A stretch of DNA of 64,000 nt from positions 2,042 through 66,041 of the forward strand of contig JBNJGS010000007.1 in NCBI GenBank assembly GCA_051747965.1, written 5' to 3'. Source of the DNA: Bacteroidota bacterium. Lineage in GTDB: Bacteria > Bacteroidota > Bacteroidia > Bacteroidales > ML635J-15. A model generated the notes under the pieces. The model saw only the letters and a program-made list of their open reading frames with translations, made no database searches and was not told the DNA's origin. This document shows, in pieces, positions 29,527 through 39,826 of the stretch. Both the position numbers and the translations under genes were made by a program. How positions within the stretch are numbered: the stretch's first letter is position 1; the number at the start of each line of letters is the position of its first letter.

Positions 29527-31086
29527 TTAATAAACCTGTGAATAAGATCCTCCGTCATCACGGTGTCGTCCCAGATAAGTACGAACATTACGGAATCCGA
29601 TATATGATTTTGCGGAATCCTGATATTCATACGTTCTTGTACCGTTTTGCATATAATAAGCCACATCTTTCCAGCTTCCGCCCCGGACAACTTTTCTTTT
29701 CATGTTTGGCGGATCATCGGGATGTGCATAATATTGGTAATCAGGATTCAGATCATGTGTAAATCTGTATGCTGATTCATCATAAGCATTTCTTGTCCAT
29801 TCAGCGACATTACCGGCCATGTCATACAGTCCGTATTCATTGGGGTCATAAGTTGCCACCATGAGTGACTGAACACCACCATCATCATAATAGTTTCCGC
29901 GCATGGGTTTAAAGTTGGCAATAAAACAGCCGCTGTAATTTCTTGTATAAGGACCTCCCCATGGGTACATTGACAGATCAAGTCCACCGCGGGCAGCATA
30001 TTCCCATTCGGATTCTGTGGGAAGTCTGTACTGGTTCACATAATAATCTCTGGTATCTTTTTGATATCCGTTTTTCAGCATTGATCTCCATTTGGAGAAA
30101 GCCACGGCTTGTTTCCAGCTTACACCTACCACGGGATAATAGTCATAAGCGGGATGCCAGAAATACATTTCTGTCATCGGCTCGTTATAGGAGTAAGTAT
30201 AGTCACTCATCCAGCATAAAGTATCCGGGTAAACCGGTGTACGCTCATGCATGATAAAATCAAACTGGCTGGTGACTTCTCTGTCTTCAAAGTCTTCCCA
30301 TTCCCGTCTGTTTTTCAGTTCTTCTCTGTCTTTGATTGTACCTTCGTACTCTTCGGTTTCGGGGTTCCAGTGTCTGCCAACCCGCAGTCCTGCATCTTCT
30401 TCACGATCAAAAGAGCGGTCAACTCCCTGCTCGACCTGTCTTCCATCTTCCCTGTAATTATGCTTTTTGGCGGCCTGTTTCAGGTCCACCCAAAAATATT
30501 CATAGTACAAATTGTTTGTATTGAGATCGATTCGTCTCATGAAGTGATAGACCTCTGGTGGTGGCTTGAGATAAATTTCACTGTTTTCAAGCAGTGCAGC
30601 CTTGATTGTTGGGTCTCCGTAATCGACTCTGGACTGCCAGTCCAGCAAACGGTAACCATCGAAGTTGTAAGAATCATATCCGATTGCTTCTAACACCAGA
30701 GCATTGGGATCGCTCTCATCTACAGCTTTGAAAAAATCTCTACCTTCCGAGTCGTAGTTTTCCGGAGGGTTTTCAGCAAGCACTGTCATCGCCATTGAAT
30801 CCCTGACCCAATAGACAAACTGCCGGTACTCACTGTTGGTGATTTCGGTTTCGTCCATCCAAAATCCTTGCATGGTAACGGTTTTGGAGGTTGCGGTCAT
30901 TGAATTCGGTACATCCTCGTCACTTGGTCCCATGTTGTATGATCCGGGAGGGACAAACAACATACCATAAGGATCTGGTGTGTACCACGATTTACGGTCT
31001 ACGCCTACAAGATCACCACTTCCATAATAGCCGCAGCTGGTGAGGATAATGGTTAGAATCAGGCTTATGAACAACAATTTCTTCAT
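29527..31086 (-). CDS. gldK: Gliding motility / T9SS lipoprotein GldK (PorK), FGE-sulfatase fold
   Basis: Lipobox LTSCG; SUMF1/FGE-like motifs (YRLPTESEWEYAARGG, VRGGSW); 519 aa. Confidence 0.9.
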   Translation of the reverse strand: MKKLLFISLILTIILTSCGYYGSGDLVGVDRKSWYTPDPYGMLFVPPGSYNMGPSDEDVPNSMTATSKTVTMQGFWMDETEITNSEYRQFVYWVRDSMAMTVLAENPPENYDSEGRDFFKAVDESDPNALVLEAIGYDSYNFDGYRLLDWQSRVDYGDPTIKAALLENSEIYLKPPPEVYHFMRRIDLNTNNLYYEYFWVDLKQAAKKHNYREDGRQVEQGVDRSFDREEDAGLRVGRHWNPETEEYEGTIKDREELKNRREWEDFEDREVTSQFDFIMHERTPVYPDTLCWMSDYTYSYNEPMTEMYFWHPAYDYYPVVGVSWKQAVAFSKWRSMLKNGYQKDTRDYYVNQYRLPTESEWEYAARGGLDLSMYPWGGPYTRNYSGCFIANFKPMRGNYYDDGGVQSLMVATYDPNEYGLYDMAGNVAEWTRNAYDESAYRFTHDLNPDYQYYAHPDDPPNMKRKVVRGGSWKDVAYYMQNGTRTYEYQDSAKSYIGFRNVRTYLGRHRDDGGSYSQVY

Positions 31087-31120
31087 AATATATGGTATTA
31101 GTAAGCTTCTACAAATTAAA

Positions 31121-32086
31121 TTACAATCTTCTTACACTGCGATAACGACCTGGTGTGCTGCTAAAGTCTGCATTGAAACAATAACGAAGCACAAGCTCGT
31201 GTGAACCACTGGTGAAAGATGCTATATCACTTAAAATAACGTCATAACTATAACCTACACTTATTCCGTTCATGAGGTGGATACCAACCATTGGCACCAC
31301 AGCATCACTGTACCTGTATGTAACGCCTCCCCAGAACTTTTTATTATAAATGAACTGTCCGTTCACGCTAAACTGCAAAGCAGACATATCGGTTTGAACG
31401 ACAATTGATGGTTTAACTTCAAAACTCGGATCGGGCAACTGATAAATATATCCACTGACAATATAATAGTGTCTTGCCAGTTTTGGTTGGTGATCATCAT
31501 TTGCATTGAACTTGAATTTTGGTTCCAGCAGGTGCAATGCAGATACTCCGGCATAAAAATTATCGTACCTGTAGTATGCACCAAATCCTGCATCAAAAGC
31601 CATTTTGCTGTCCATATGAGGGATAGCGGGGTCTATATATACAGGATCACCACCAAGGGAACCGGGGGAAACCCAGTCTCCGTCGAGGGATTTATTAACA
31701 AGCCCAAGACTCAGCCCCAGGCTCAGGGTTCCTGTAGTCAGAGGCAACCTGTAAGCATAGTTGGCATACAGGTTAAGATTTTTTTCGAACCCTATGCTTT
31801 CCTGCATTACATTCAGGCCCACACCACTGCTGATCGCAGGCAAGGGCATGTCAGCACTAAAGACTGTTGTTTGTGGTCTGCCATCCCCAAATCCGGTCCA
31901 TTGCTGGCGGTGCACTGAAGTAATACAGATTGCTTCGTTGCTTCCGGCATAGGCAGGATTATAACTCAGGGTATTAAAGTTAAATAAACTAAAGTGCGAA
32001 TCGCTCTGAGCAAGTCCAATACCTGCTGTAGCTCCCACTAATAAAACCGCTAAAATTATACGCCTCATATCTAATATATTATTCAA
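31121..32086 (-). CDS. porP: T9SS membrane protein PorP/SprF family
   Basis: QSDSHFSLFNFNTLSYNPAYAG N-terminal motif of the PorP/SprF family, beta-barrel-like remainder. First gene of the porP-gldKLMN run. Confidence 0.85.
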   Translation of the reverse strand: MNNILDMRRIILAVLLVGATAGIGLAQSDSHFSLFNFNTLSYNPAYAGSNEAICITSVHRQQWTGFGDGRPQTTVFSADMPLPAISSGVGLNVMQESIGFEKNLNLYANYAYRLPLTTGTLSLGLSLGLVNKSLDGDWVSPGSLGGDPVYIDPAIPHMDSKMAFDAGFGAYYRYDNFYAGVSALHLLEPKFKFNANDDHQPKLARHYYIVSGYIYQLPDPSFEVKPSIVVQTDMSALQFSVNGQFIYNKKFWGGVTYRYSDAVVPMVGIHLMNGISVGYSYDVILSDIASFTSGSHELVLRYCFNADFSSTPGRYRSVRRL

Positions 32087-32146
32087 TAGCTCTTTTATTC
32101 AGGCTCGAAATGGTAAAATAAGTAAAAAAATCACACAATTTCAAAC

Positions 32147-32190
32147 TTTATTAACAATTTTCGGTTAATAAGTTAAAAATTGTTAATAAA
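32147..32190. repeat. 15-bp perfect inverted repeat in the AT-rich porP upstream / topA downstream region
   Basis: TTTATTAACAATTTT (32147-32161) and AAAATTGTTAATAAA (32176-32190), with a 14-nt spacer. Confidence 0.6.
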
Positions 32191-32377
32191 CTCACTTCTC
32201 ATTCCGAACCATTTTTTAAACATCAGCGAAAAATACAACATTTTTTTACTTTAAACAAAATCTATGAAAAAAAATAGCACATCTGATGAAAAAAAAATCA
32301 CGCTTCATTCCACATAAATTAACGCCGACAAGGTAACCATTATTATTAAAGTGCGCAAAACAAACCATCTGTCCGGA

Positions 32378-34669
32378 CTACTTTTTTTTCTTAGTTTGCT
32401 TTTTATTAATGATTTCCAGACATTCTTTATGGGTTAAATCCTCCGGTTTTTTTGCTTTTGGAATCCGGTAATTCTTCTTCTTATACGATATATATGGTCC
32501 GTAACGACCATTGAGAATTTTCATTTCAGGATCATCATCAAATGATTTGATTTCTTTTTTTCTGTTTTTTTCCTGTCCTTCTTTGATAATTTCAATGGCC
32601 CTGTCCTTTTTAATGGTATACGGATCATCCTGCGCTGTCAGGCTGAAGAATTTTTTGTCATATCTTACATAGGGTCCATACCTTCCCACGCCAATAACAA
32701 TATCATTTCCCTGAAATTCTCCGAGGTTACGTGGCAATTTAAACAGCTCAAGGGCTTCTTCCAGATTTATGCTTTCAACATTCTGGCCTTTTCTCAGACT
32801 GGCAAAGGCCGGTTTTTCCTCATCTTCGGGTGTGCCGATCTGTACATAGGGGCCATAGCGCCCGATTTTTGCCTTAACAGGTTTGCCGGTTTTGGGGTCT
32901 TTTCCAAGATCACGTTCCCAGCGTTTGCTTTTTTTCTCTTCTGTTTCTTTTAAGTTTTTGATAAAAGGATGATAGAATTCATCAATCATCTTTGTCCATT
33001 CGATATCGCCGGTGGCAATTTCATCAAATTGCTTTTCAACTTTGGCGGTAAAGCTGTAATCCATAATTTCCTTAAAATTTTCCATCAGGAAATCATTGAC
33101 AACCATACCCAGGGATGAAGGTTTCAGTCTTCCTTTATCACTCCCATAATTTTCTTTTTGCTTTGTTTCACTGAGCTTGCCATTCTGCAGGAGCACCATT
33201 TGCACCTGCCGTGTATTGCCTTCACCACTTCCCTTTTCGGCATAACCGCGTTGCTGTATGGTTGAAATTGTGGGGGCATAGGTTGACGGCCTTCCGATAC
33301 CAAGCTCTTCCATTTTCCTGACCAGGCTGGCCTCAGAATATCTTGCCGGCTGATTTGTGAAGCGTTCTGTTGCTTCTATTTTCTGGTAGGTCAGTTTCTC
33401 TCCTACTTCCATTGGTGGTAAAATGCCGCGGGGCCCCTCTTTGCTGCCTTCATCAGTTGACTCGATATACAACTTCAGGAAACCGGGAAATTTAATCACC
33501 TCACCCTGAGCCATAAAATGATCTTTTGTCTGGCTGCAGTTGATTTTGACCTGGGTTTTTTCGATACTTGCATTTGCCATCTGAGAAGCTACAGTACGTT
33601 TCCAGATCAGCTCATACAGTCTCTTTTCCTGGGCCGATCCCCCCGCAACACGTTTATCAATATAAGTAGGGCGAATGGCCTCGTGTGCTTCCTGCGCTCC
33701 TTTGGTTTTCCCTTTATACTGGCGGGTTTTTGAAAATTCTTTGCCAAAGTCTGCCTCGATCACATTTTTGGCAGTATTCATCGCAAGCTTTGAGAGATTA
33801 ACTGAATCGGTACGCATATAGGTAATGTGTCCTGACTCATAAAGTTTTTGTGCTACCTGCATGGTGCGCGACACAGAAAATCCCAGTTTTCTGCTGGCTT
33901 CCTGCTGCAGGGTGGATGTAGTAAAGGGTGGTGCGGGCGATTTTTTTCCCGGTTTCACCTGTACATCAGCCACTTCAAATTCTGATTTATCAAGATCAGT
34001 GAGGATTTTTTTCGTTTCACTGAGTTTTACCGGCTTTACAGAATATTCTGCCTTCACCAGCTTTTCAGCTTTATTCAAAAAATCCGCCTGAATTCTAAAA
34101 GCAGATTCAGGTTTGAATTTTGCAATTTCTCTCTCCCGCTCAACAACGAGCCTCACAGCAACAGATTGCACACGGCCGGCAGATAAATTGGGTTTGATTT
34201 TTTTCCACAGTAGCGGAGACAGATTAAAGCCCACAAGTCTGTCAAGCACGCGTCTGGCCTGTTGTGCATTAACCAGATTCACATCAATATCCCGGGGGTT
34301 TTTGATGGCATTTTGAATGGCTGATTTCGTTATCTCGTGAAATACAATACGGTGGGTTTTTGTATCCGGCAGCTTCAAAACTTCGGCCAGATGCCATGCA
34401 ATGGCCTCTCCTTCACGGTCTTCATCAGAAGCGAGCCATACCTTTTTGGCGCCCTTTGTCAGCTTTTTCAATTCAGCAACAATTTTCTTCTTGTCCGGTG
34501 CTATCTCATACTGAGGCTGATAATCATTTTCAATATCTATTCCAAAATCCTTTTTAGCAAGATCTCTAATGTGGCCGAGACTGGATTTAACCAAAAAGTC
34601 TTTTCCCAGAAACCGCTTGATTGTCTGGGCTTTTGCGGGGGACTCAACAATTACTAAATTTTCTTCCAT
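32378..34669 (-). CDS. topA: DNA topoisomerase I
   Basis: TOPRIM N-terminus (LVIVESPAKA, DEDREGE), active-site ITYMRTDS; 763 aa. Confidence 0.95.
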   Translation of the reverse strand: MEENLVIVESPAKAQTIKRFLGKDFLVKSSLGHIRDLAKKDFGIDIENDYQPQYEIAPDKKKIVAELKKLTKGAKKVWLASDEDREGEAIAWHLAEVLKLPDTKTHRIVFHEITKSAIQNAIKNPRDIDVNLVNAQQARRVLDRLVGFNLSPLLWKKIKPNLSAGRVQSVAVRLVVEREREIAKFKPESAFRIQADFLNKAEKLVKAEYSVKPVKLSETKKILTDLDKSEFEVADVQVKPGKKSPAPPFTTSTLQQEASRKLGFSVSRTMQVAQKLYESGHITYMRTDSVNLSKLAMNTAKNVIEADFGKEFSKTRQYKGKTKGAQEAHEAIRPTYIDKRVAGGSAQEKRLYELIWKRTVASQMANASIEKTQVKINCSQTKDHFMAQGEVIKFPGFLKLYIESTDEGSKEGPRGILPPMEVGEKLTYQKIEATERFTNQPARYSEASLVRKMEELGIGRPSTYAPTISTIQQRGYAEKGSGEGNTRQVQMVLLQNGKLSETKQKENYGSDKGRLKPSSLGMVVNDFLMENFKEIMDYSFTAKVEKQFDEIATGDIEWTKMIDEFYHPFIKNLKETEEKKSKRWERDLGKDPKTGKPVKAKIGRYGPYVQIGTPEDEEKPAFASLRKGQNVESINLEEALELFKLPRNLGEFQGNDIVIGVGRYGPYVRYDKKFFSLTAQDDPYTIKKDRAIEIIKEGQEKNRKKEIKSFDDDPEMKILNGRYGPYISYKKKNYRIPKAKKPEDLTHKECLEIINKKQTKKKK

Positions 34670-34776
34670 AGTGTTCCCAATTTCCCTAATTTTTTTACAA
34701 AGAAAAGAAATTAGTTTGCTATGTTCAAATTAAAAACATTTTAACTAATTTAGTCATTTAAGATTTAGCTAGCATA

Positions 34777-37110
34777 ATGGAGAAAAACAAAACATATTCA
34801 AAACGTTTCAGGAAGCGGTTTCTGCTAATATTTTGGTCGATAATCAGCCTGCTGATTTTGGGCTTAATTTTTTATTTTATCATGATCGCCAATGGCAAAA
34901 TGGGACATATGCCAAGTTTCGAACAACTGGAGAATCCCAAAACTGATCTGGCAACTCAAATAATTTCAGCCGATCAGGAGCTCCTGGGTAGTTATTTCAG
35001 GGAAAACCGAACCAATACCGAGTATGACAGTTTATCACCGCACATTGTCGACGCTCTGTTAGCCACAGAGGACATTCGTTTCAGGCAACACTCAGGCATT
35101 GATATAAGGGCTTTGGGCAGGGTTGCCTCAGGTGTAATTAGTGGCAATCTCAAAGGCGGCGGAAGTACAATCTCACAACAGTTATCCAAATTGATTTTTC
35201 CGAGAGAAGATCTTGACAACAACCTAAAGCTGATAAACAGAAAACTCAGAGAGTGGGTAATAGCAGTTAAACTCGAAAAATCTTACACCAAGGAAGAAAT
35301 TATTGCCATGTACCTCACGCAGTTTGATTATTTGAATCTTGCCGTTGGTATAGAATCTGCTTCCCGTGTTTATTTCAGCACTACGCCCGATTCACTGAAC
35401 CTTCAGGAATCAGCCATGCTTGTGGGTATGCTGCAGAATCCTTCAAAATATAATCCGCTTCGTTATCCGGAAAAAACCAAAACACGCAGAAATACCGTCC
35501 TCAACCAGATGGAAAAGTATGACTTTATTGAGGAGTCAGTTTGTGATTCTGTCAAACAATTGCCTCTGGGCATCAATTTTAACAGAGTTGATCACAACAC
35601 AGGCAAGGCAACCTATTTCAGAGAGTTTCTTCGACAGTGGCTGACAGCGAATAAGCCTGCACCGGAACAATACATTGACAAGCGGCATTTCATAGAAGAC
35701 AGTATCAGCTGGGAAAATGATCCGAGTTATGGCTGGTGTAAGAAAAATACAAAAGCTGATGGTAGTAATTATGACATCTACAGTGACGGCCTGAGAATTT
35801 ATACCACCCTTGATTCCCGTATGCAGAGATATGCTGAAGAAGCTGTCCGGGAGCACATGGGCGGATTTCTGCAGCCGGCTTTCGACAAGGAGCAAGAGGG
35901 TCGCAGTAAGGCCCCGTTTTCTTATCAGATGACGAACAGCGAAATTGGAAAAATCATGCACAACTCCAAAAGGCGTTCAGAACGCTACAGGGAAATGAAA
36001 GCCCGGGACATAAGCGAAGACAGCATAGATGCGGCTTTTGAAACAGAGGTTCCCATGCAGGTGTTCAGTTGGGATGGCGATATAGATACCGTGATGACCC
36101 CGATGGATTCAATCCGCTATTACAAGCAATATTTACGTGCAGGATTCATGAGCATGGAACCGCACACAGGCTATGTAAAGGCTTATGTCGGAGGAAACAG
36201 TTACAGCCATTTTCGCTACGACATGGTTTCACTGGCCAGACGACAAGTGGGTTCAACATTTAAGCCTTTCATTTATACACTTGCGATGCAAAACGGATAT
36301 TCTCCTTGTTATGAGGTGCCCAATATCGAAGTGAGTTTTAAAATGCCGGAAGACCAGGAACCGGAATTTTACACCCCCAAATACTCCAGTTCAAAGCGAG
36401 AAGGTGAAATGGTTAGTTTGAAATACGGTCTTGCCAATTCCCTGAATCAAATATCAGCCTGGGTATTAAAGCAATTTTCTCCCGAAGCTGTTCTTGACCT
36501 GGCACGGTCCATGGGTGTTTCCAGCCATATAGACCCCTACCCTTCCATCTGTGTGGGAGCAGCGGAGGTAAGCCTGAAGGAAATGGTTGGCGCTTATGGT
36601 GCATGGGCAAATGAGGGTATTTATACACGGCCTGTTTATGTAACACGTATTGAAGATAAAAACGGCAATGTACTGGCACAGTTCAGACCAATTCAAAAGG
36701 AAGCAACGGATGAAGAAACAGCTTACCTGATGATAGATCTGATGAAGGGAGTTGTTGATTCAGGAACGAGTGTTCGCCTGCGGTATAAATATGATTTCAC
36801 AGCCGAGCTTGCAGGAAAAACAGGTACAACCAACAATCACTCAGACGGTTGGTTTATGGGTATCGCCCCCCGGCTTGTATCCGGTGCATGGGTTGGCGGC
36901 GAGGAGCGCAGCATACATTTCCGTGGCATCCGGCTGGGACAGGGAGCAAGCATGGCGCTTCCCATCTGGGCTCTCTACATGGAAAAGGTGTATGCCAATC
37001 CAAATCTCCCATACACACAGGAAGATGAGTTTAAAGAACCCGATCACCTGAACGTGGAAATTGATTGTGAGAAGTGGAAGAAAGAAAACAGCAGCTCCAT
37101 GCAGTTATAA
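34777..37110 (+). CDS. mrcA: Penicillin-binding protein 1A (bifunctional transglycosylase/transpeptidase)
   Basis: GT51 motif EDIRFRQHSGID and GGSTISQQL; transpeptidase motif GSTFKPF and KTGTT; 777 aa. Confidence 0.9.
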   Translation: MEKNKTYSKRFRKRFLLIFWSIISLLILGLIFYFIMIANGKMGHMPSFEQLENPKTDLATQIISADQELLGSYFRENRTNTEYDSLSPHIVDALLATEDIRFRQHSGIDIRALGRVASGVISGNLKGGGSTISQQLSKLIFPREDLDNNLKLINRKLREWVIAVKLEKSYTKEEIIAMYLTQFDYLNLAVGIESASRVYFSTTPDSLNLQESAMLVGMLQNPSKYNPLRYPEKTKTRRNTVLNQMEKYDFIEESVCDSVKQLPLGINFNRVDHNTGKATYFREFLRQWLTANKPAPEQYIDKRHFIEDSISWENDPSYGWCKKNTKADGSNYDIYSDGLRIYTTLDSRMQRYAEEAVREHMGGFLQPAFDKEQEGRSKAPFSYQMTNSEIGKIMHNSKRRSERYREMKARDISEDSIDAAFETEVPMQVFSWDGDIDTVMTPMDSIRYYKQYLRAGFMSMEPHTGYVKAYVGGNSYSHFRYDMVSLARRQVGSTFKPFIYTLAMQNGYSPCYEVPNIEVSFKMPEDQEPEFYTPKYSSSKREGEMVSLKYGLANSLNQISAWVLKQFSPEAVLDLARSMGVSSHIDPYPSICVGAAEVSLKEMVGAYGAWANEGIYTRPVYVTRIEDKNGNVLAQFRPIQKEATDEETAYLMIDLMKGVVDSGTSVRLRYKYDFTAELAGKTGTTNNHSDGWFMGIAPRLVSGAWVGGEERSIHFRGIRLGQGASMALPIWALYMEKVYANPNLPYTQEDEFKEPDHLNVEIDCEKWKKENSSSMQL

Positions 37111-37136
37111 TCCTGCTGCAATGATCATTGCAGGCA

Positions 37137-38501
37137 TTAATCTCTGAACAATGCTTTCATCATACGGGATACAGAATTCACCTGAATGATATGTATTTTT
37201 CCTGTTTGGGGCAGATCACTATCAGATACTGAAGGAACAATGATGCGCTGAAACCCAAGTCTGTCAGCTTCGGATATTCGCTGGGCAACCCTGCTTGTGG
37301 GTCGCACTTCGCCACTGAGTCCAACTTCTCCGCAAAGAACGGTTCCTGCAGGTACGGGAATATCCTGATCAGAAGACAAAATGGCTGCCATCAGTGGCAA
37401 ATCCATTCCCGGGTCAATCAAACGAAGGCCGCCCACAATATTCACAAACACATCTTTTTGGTTGAGCCTGAAGCCGGCACGTTTTTCAAGCACTGCGAGC
37501 AGCATATTTAATCTCCGGATATCAAATCCGGTGGAGGTACGTTGGGGATTTCCGTAAACAGCACTGCTGACCAGTGCCTGCAGCTCAATCAGCATAGGCC
37601 GCATCCCTTCAATGGTGGCTGCATAGGCAACTCCACTCAGTTGATCTGCCTTATGTGTAAGAAACATTTCTGACGGATTTGAAACCTCTTGCAATCCATT
37701 GCGTTTCATTTCAAATACGCCAATTTCCTGGGTGCTGCCAAATCGGTTTTTTCTTGCCCGAAGGATTCTGTAAAAATTGTTCTGATCTCCTTCGAACTGC
37801 ATTACCAGATCAACCATGTGTTCCAGCACCATGGGGCCGGCAATATTTCCTGATTTTGTAATATGTCCGATCAGAATAAAGGACACCTGATGTTTCTTGG
37901 CAAAGCGGATAATTCTTGCAGCAGACTCCCGAATCTGAGAAATACTGCCGGCAACCGAGTCTACATCATCGCAAAAACTTGTCTGGATTGAATCGACGAT
38001 TACCAGTTTTGCACCTGTTTCTTTTACATGGCTGAGGTACTTGTCAACATCTGTTTCATCAGTAAACAAGCAATGAGATTGAGCATCACCTGTACGTTCT
38101 GCCCGCAATTTTACCTGTTGCAGGCTTTCTTCACCTGCACAATACAATGTTTTTTCATTCCTGATATCCAGCAAAAGCTGTAAAAGCAAAGTGGATTTCC
38201 CCACACCGGGCTCTCCGGCCATGAGTGCCACAGTACCCGGTACCAGACCACCTCCCAGCACGCGATTAAATTCGTTGAAGCCAAAAGGCATGCGTTCTGC
38301 AGATGATACATTGATATCCTGCAGGCTATGGACTTTGCTGATATGCTTTTCATCATCCGTGGTATGACGGGATGAAGCGGATTTTTGTACAGTAAATTCT
38401 TTAAAACTGTTCCAGCTTTGGCAGGCAGGGCACTGTCCTATCCATTTGGCAGACTCATAACCACATTCAGAACATACAAAGGCTTTGCGGGGTTTTGCCA
38501 T
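37137..38501 (-). CDS. radA: DNA repair protein RadA
   Basis: Zn finger CSECGYESAKWIGQCPAC, Walker A GEPGVGKST, KNRFG motif, Lon-like C-terminus. Confidence 0.95.
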   Translation of the reverse strand: MAKPRKAFVCSECGYESAKWIGQCPACQSWNSFKEFTVQKSASSRHTTDDEKHISKVHSLQDINVSSAERMPFGFNEFNRVLGGGLVPGTVALMAGEPGVGKSTLLLQLLLDIRNEKTLYCAGEESLQQVKLRAERTGDAQSHCLFTDETDVDKYLSHVKETGAKLVIVDSIQTSFCDDVDSVAGSISQIRESAARIIRFAKKHQVSFILIGHITKSGNIAGPMVLEHMVDLVMQFEGDQNNFYRILRARKNRFGSTQEIGVFEMKRNGLQEVSNPSEMFLTHKADQLSGVAYAATIEGMRPMLIELQALVSSAVYGNPQRTSTGFDIRRLNMLLAVLEKRAGFRLNQKDVFVNIVGGLRLIDPGMDLPLMAAILSSDQDIPVPAGTVLCGEVGLSGEVRPTSRVAQRISEADRLGFQRIIVPSVSDSDLPQTGKIHIIQVNSVSRMMKALFRD

Positions 38502-38504
38502 GAT

Positions 38505-38921
38505 TTACATACTGGTAAATTCGCGTCGCAGGTAAGAACCCTCAACAGCTTCATCAAGAAACATGTATCTGGTAAGTACCAATACATCATCATTAATTCT
38601 GTCCACACGGAAAAAACCATTGGTGGCCATCATCTTACCATTTCCTGTTGATTCCTGTATCTTGATGTAAGCATAGGTGAGTTCATTATCTATGGCATAA
38701 TAAGCGGTATCCACCCGTGTGCCGCCTTCTGACATTTTTACAAGTGTGCCGCCGGACTGGAAGTCCCAGATTTCTTCATAGGTATCTTCAGCCATCATGG
38801 TTTCCAGCAGCCATGTACCTTCGATGTTGTTTTCGACCTTTTTGGCACATCCCCCGAACAAAAGAGAAATGCCGGCAATGACCATGATCAGAACAGTTAA
38901 TCGTTTCAGCATAATTGACAT
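38505..38921 (-). CDS. Hypothetical lipoprotein
   Basis: Signal peptide with LFGGC lipobox; 138 aa; 3 nt upstream of radA. Confidence 0.55.
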   Translation of the reverse strand: MSIMLKRLTVLIMVIAGISLLFGGCAKKVENNIEGTWLLETMMAEDTYEEIWDFQSGGTLVKMSEGGTRVDTAYYAIDNELTYAYIKIQESTGNGKMMATNGFFRVDRINDDVLVLTRYMFLDEAVEGSYLRREFTSM

Positions 38922-38953
38922 TTTTGGTAAATGACAAATATAACAAAAATTAC

Positions 38954-39436
38954 TTATAAAAGGTTTTCAATAATACCTGAGGATGAGTAGCCTTCAAGAA
39001 AATCGATGGTTTTTACTTCGCCACCTGCCTTAATTACTGTATTATGGCCAACGATTTTTTCTATATCATAATCCCCGCCTTTAACCAGCACATCAGGCAC
39101 AAGCTTTTCTATCAGGGCTGCAGGTGTATCCTCACCGAACAGCACAACAAAATCCACGAATTCCATTGCGGCCATCACCAAAGCTCTTGATTTTTCATCC
39201 TGAAGCGGTCTGTTTTTGCCTTTGATTCGCTTAACGGAAGCATCTGAATTGATGGCCACAATAAGATGAGATCCCATATCAGCGGCTTTGGCCAGATAAG
39301 TGACATGACCACGGTGGATGATATCGAAACAGCCATTAGTAAAGACGAGTTTGTTGATTCCCGGCCGAACTTCATGCAGCCATTGATCAAAAATACCCGG
39401 GGTCAAGATTTTATTTTCAATAGCCTGCTGATGCAT
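38954..39436 (-). CDS. D-glycero-beta-D-manno-heptose 1-phosphate adenylyltransferase-like cytidylyltransferase (RfaE domain II)
   Basis: FTNGCFDIIHRGHVTYL (HxGH nucleotidyltransferase motif); 160 aa. Confidence 0.8.
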   Translation of the reverse strand: MHQQAIENKILTPGIFDQWLHEVRPGINKLVFTNGCFDIIHRGHVTYLAKAADMGSHLIVAINSDASVKRIKGKNRPLQDEKSRALVMAAMEFVDFVVLFGEDTPAALIEKLVPDVLVKGGDYDIEKIVGHNTVIKAGGEVKTIDFLEGYSSSGIIENLL

Positions 39437-39438
39437 TC

Positions 39439-39789
39439 TTATTCAATTGAATTATCAGAGGGATCGGGGAAAATAAATTCCGGTTTGAAGCTTTTTGCTT
39501 CTTCAAAATCCATGCTGGCATAGGAGATAATGATGACCACATCCCCAACAGTGGCCTTACGTGCTGCAGGGCCATTCAGGGCAATAATACCGGAGCCGCG
39601 CTCGCCTTTGATAACATAGGTTTCAAGTCGCTCACCATTGTTGATATTCACCACCTGCACTTTTTCATTTTCAATGATATTACATGCATCCATAAGGTTT
39701 TCATCAATGGTAATACTTCCCACGTACTGCAGATTTGCCTCTGTGACAGTAACTTTGTGTATTTTGGATTTGACAACTTCAATAAACAT
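39439..39789 (-). CDS. panD: Aspartate 1-decarboxylase
   Basis: [23 protein letters not shown], including the Gly-Ser self-cleavage site; 116 aa. Confidence 0.95.
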   Translation of the reverse strand: MFIEVVKSKIHKVTVTEANLQYVGSITIDENLMDACNIIENEKVQVVNINNGERLETYVIKGERGSGIIALNGPAARKATVGDVVIIISYASMDFEEAKSFKPEFIFPDPSDNSIE

Positions 39790-39826
39790 AATCAGTATTT
39801 TTGTCGGTACAAAGGTAACAATAATT

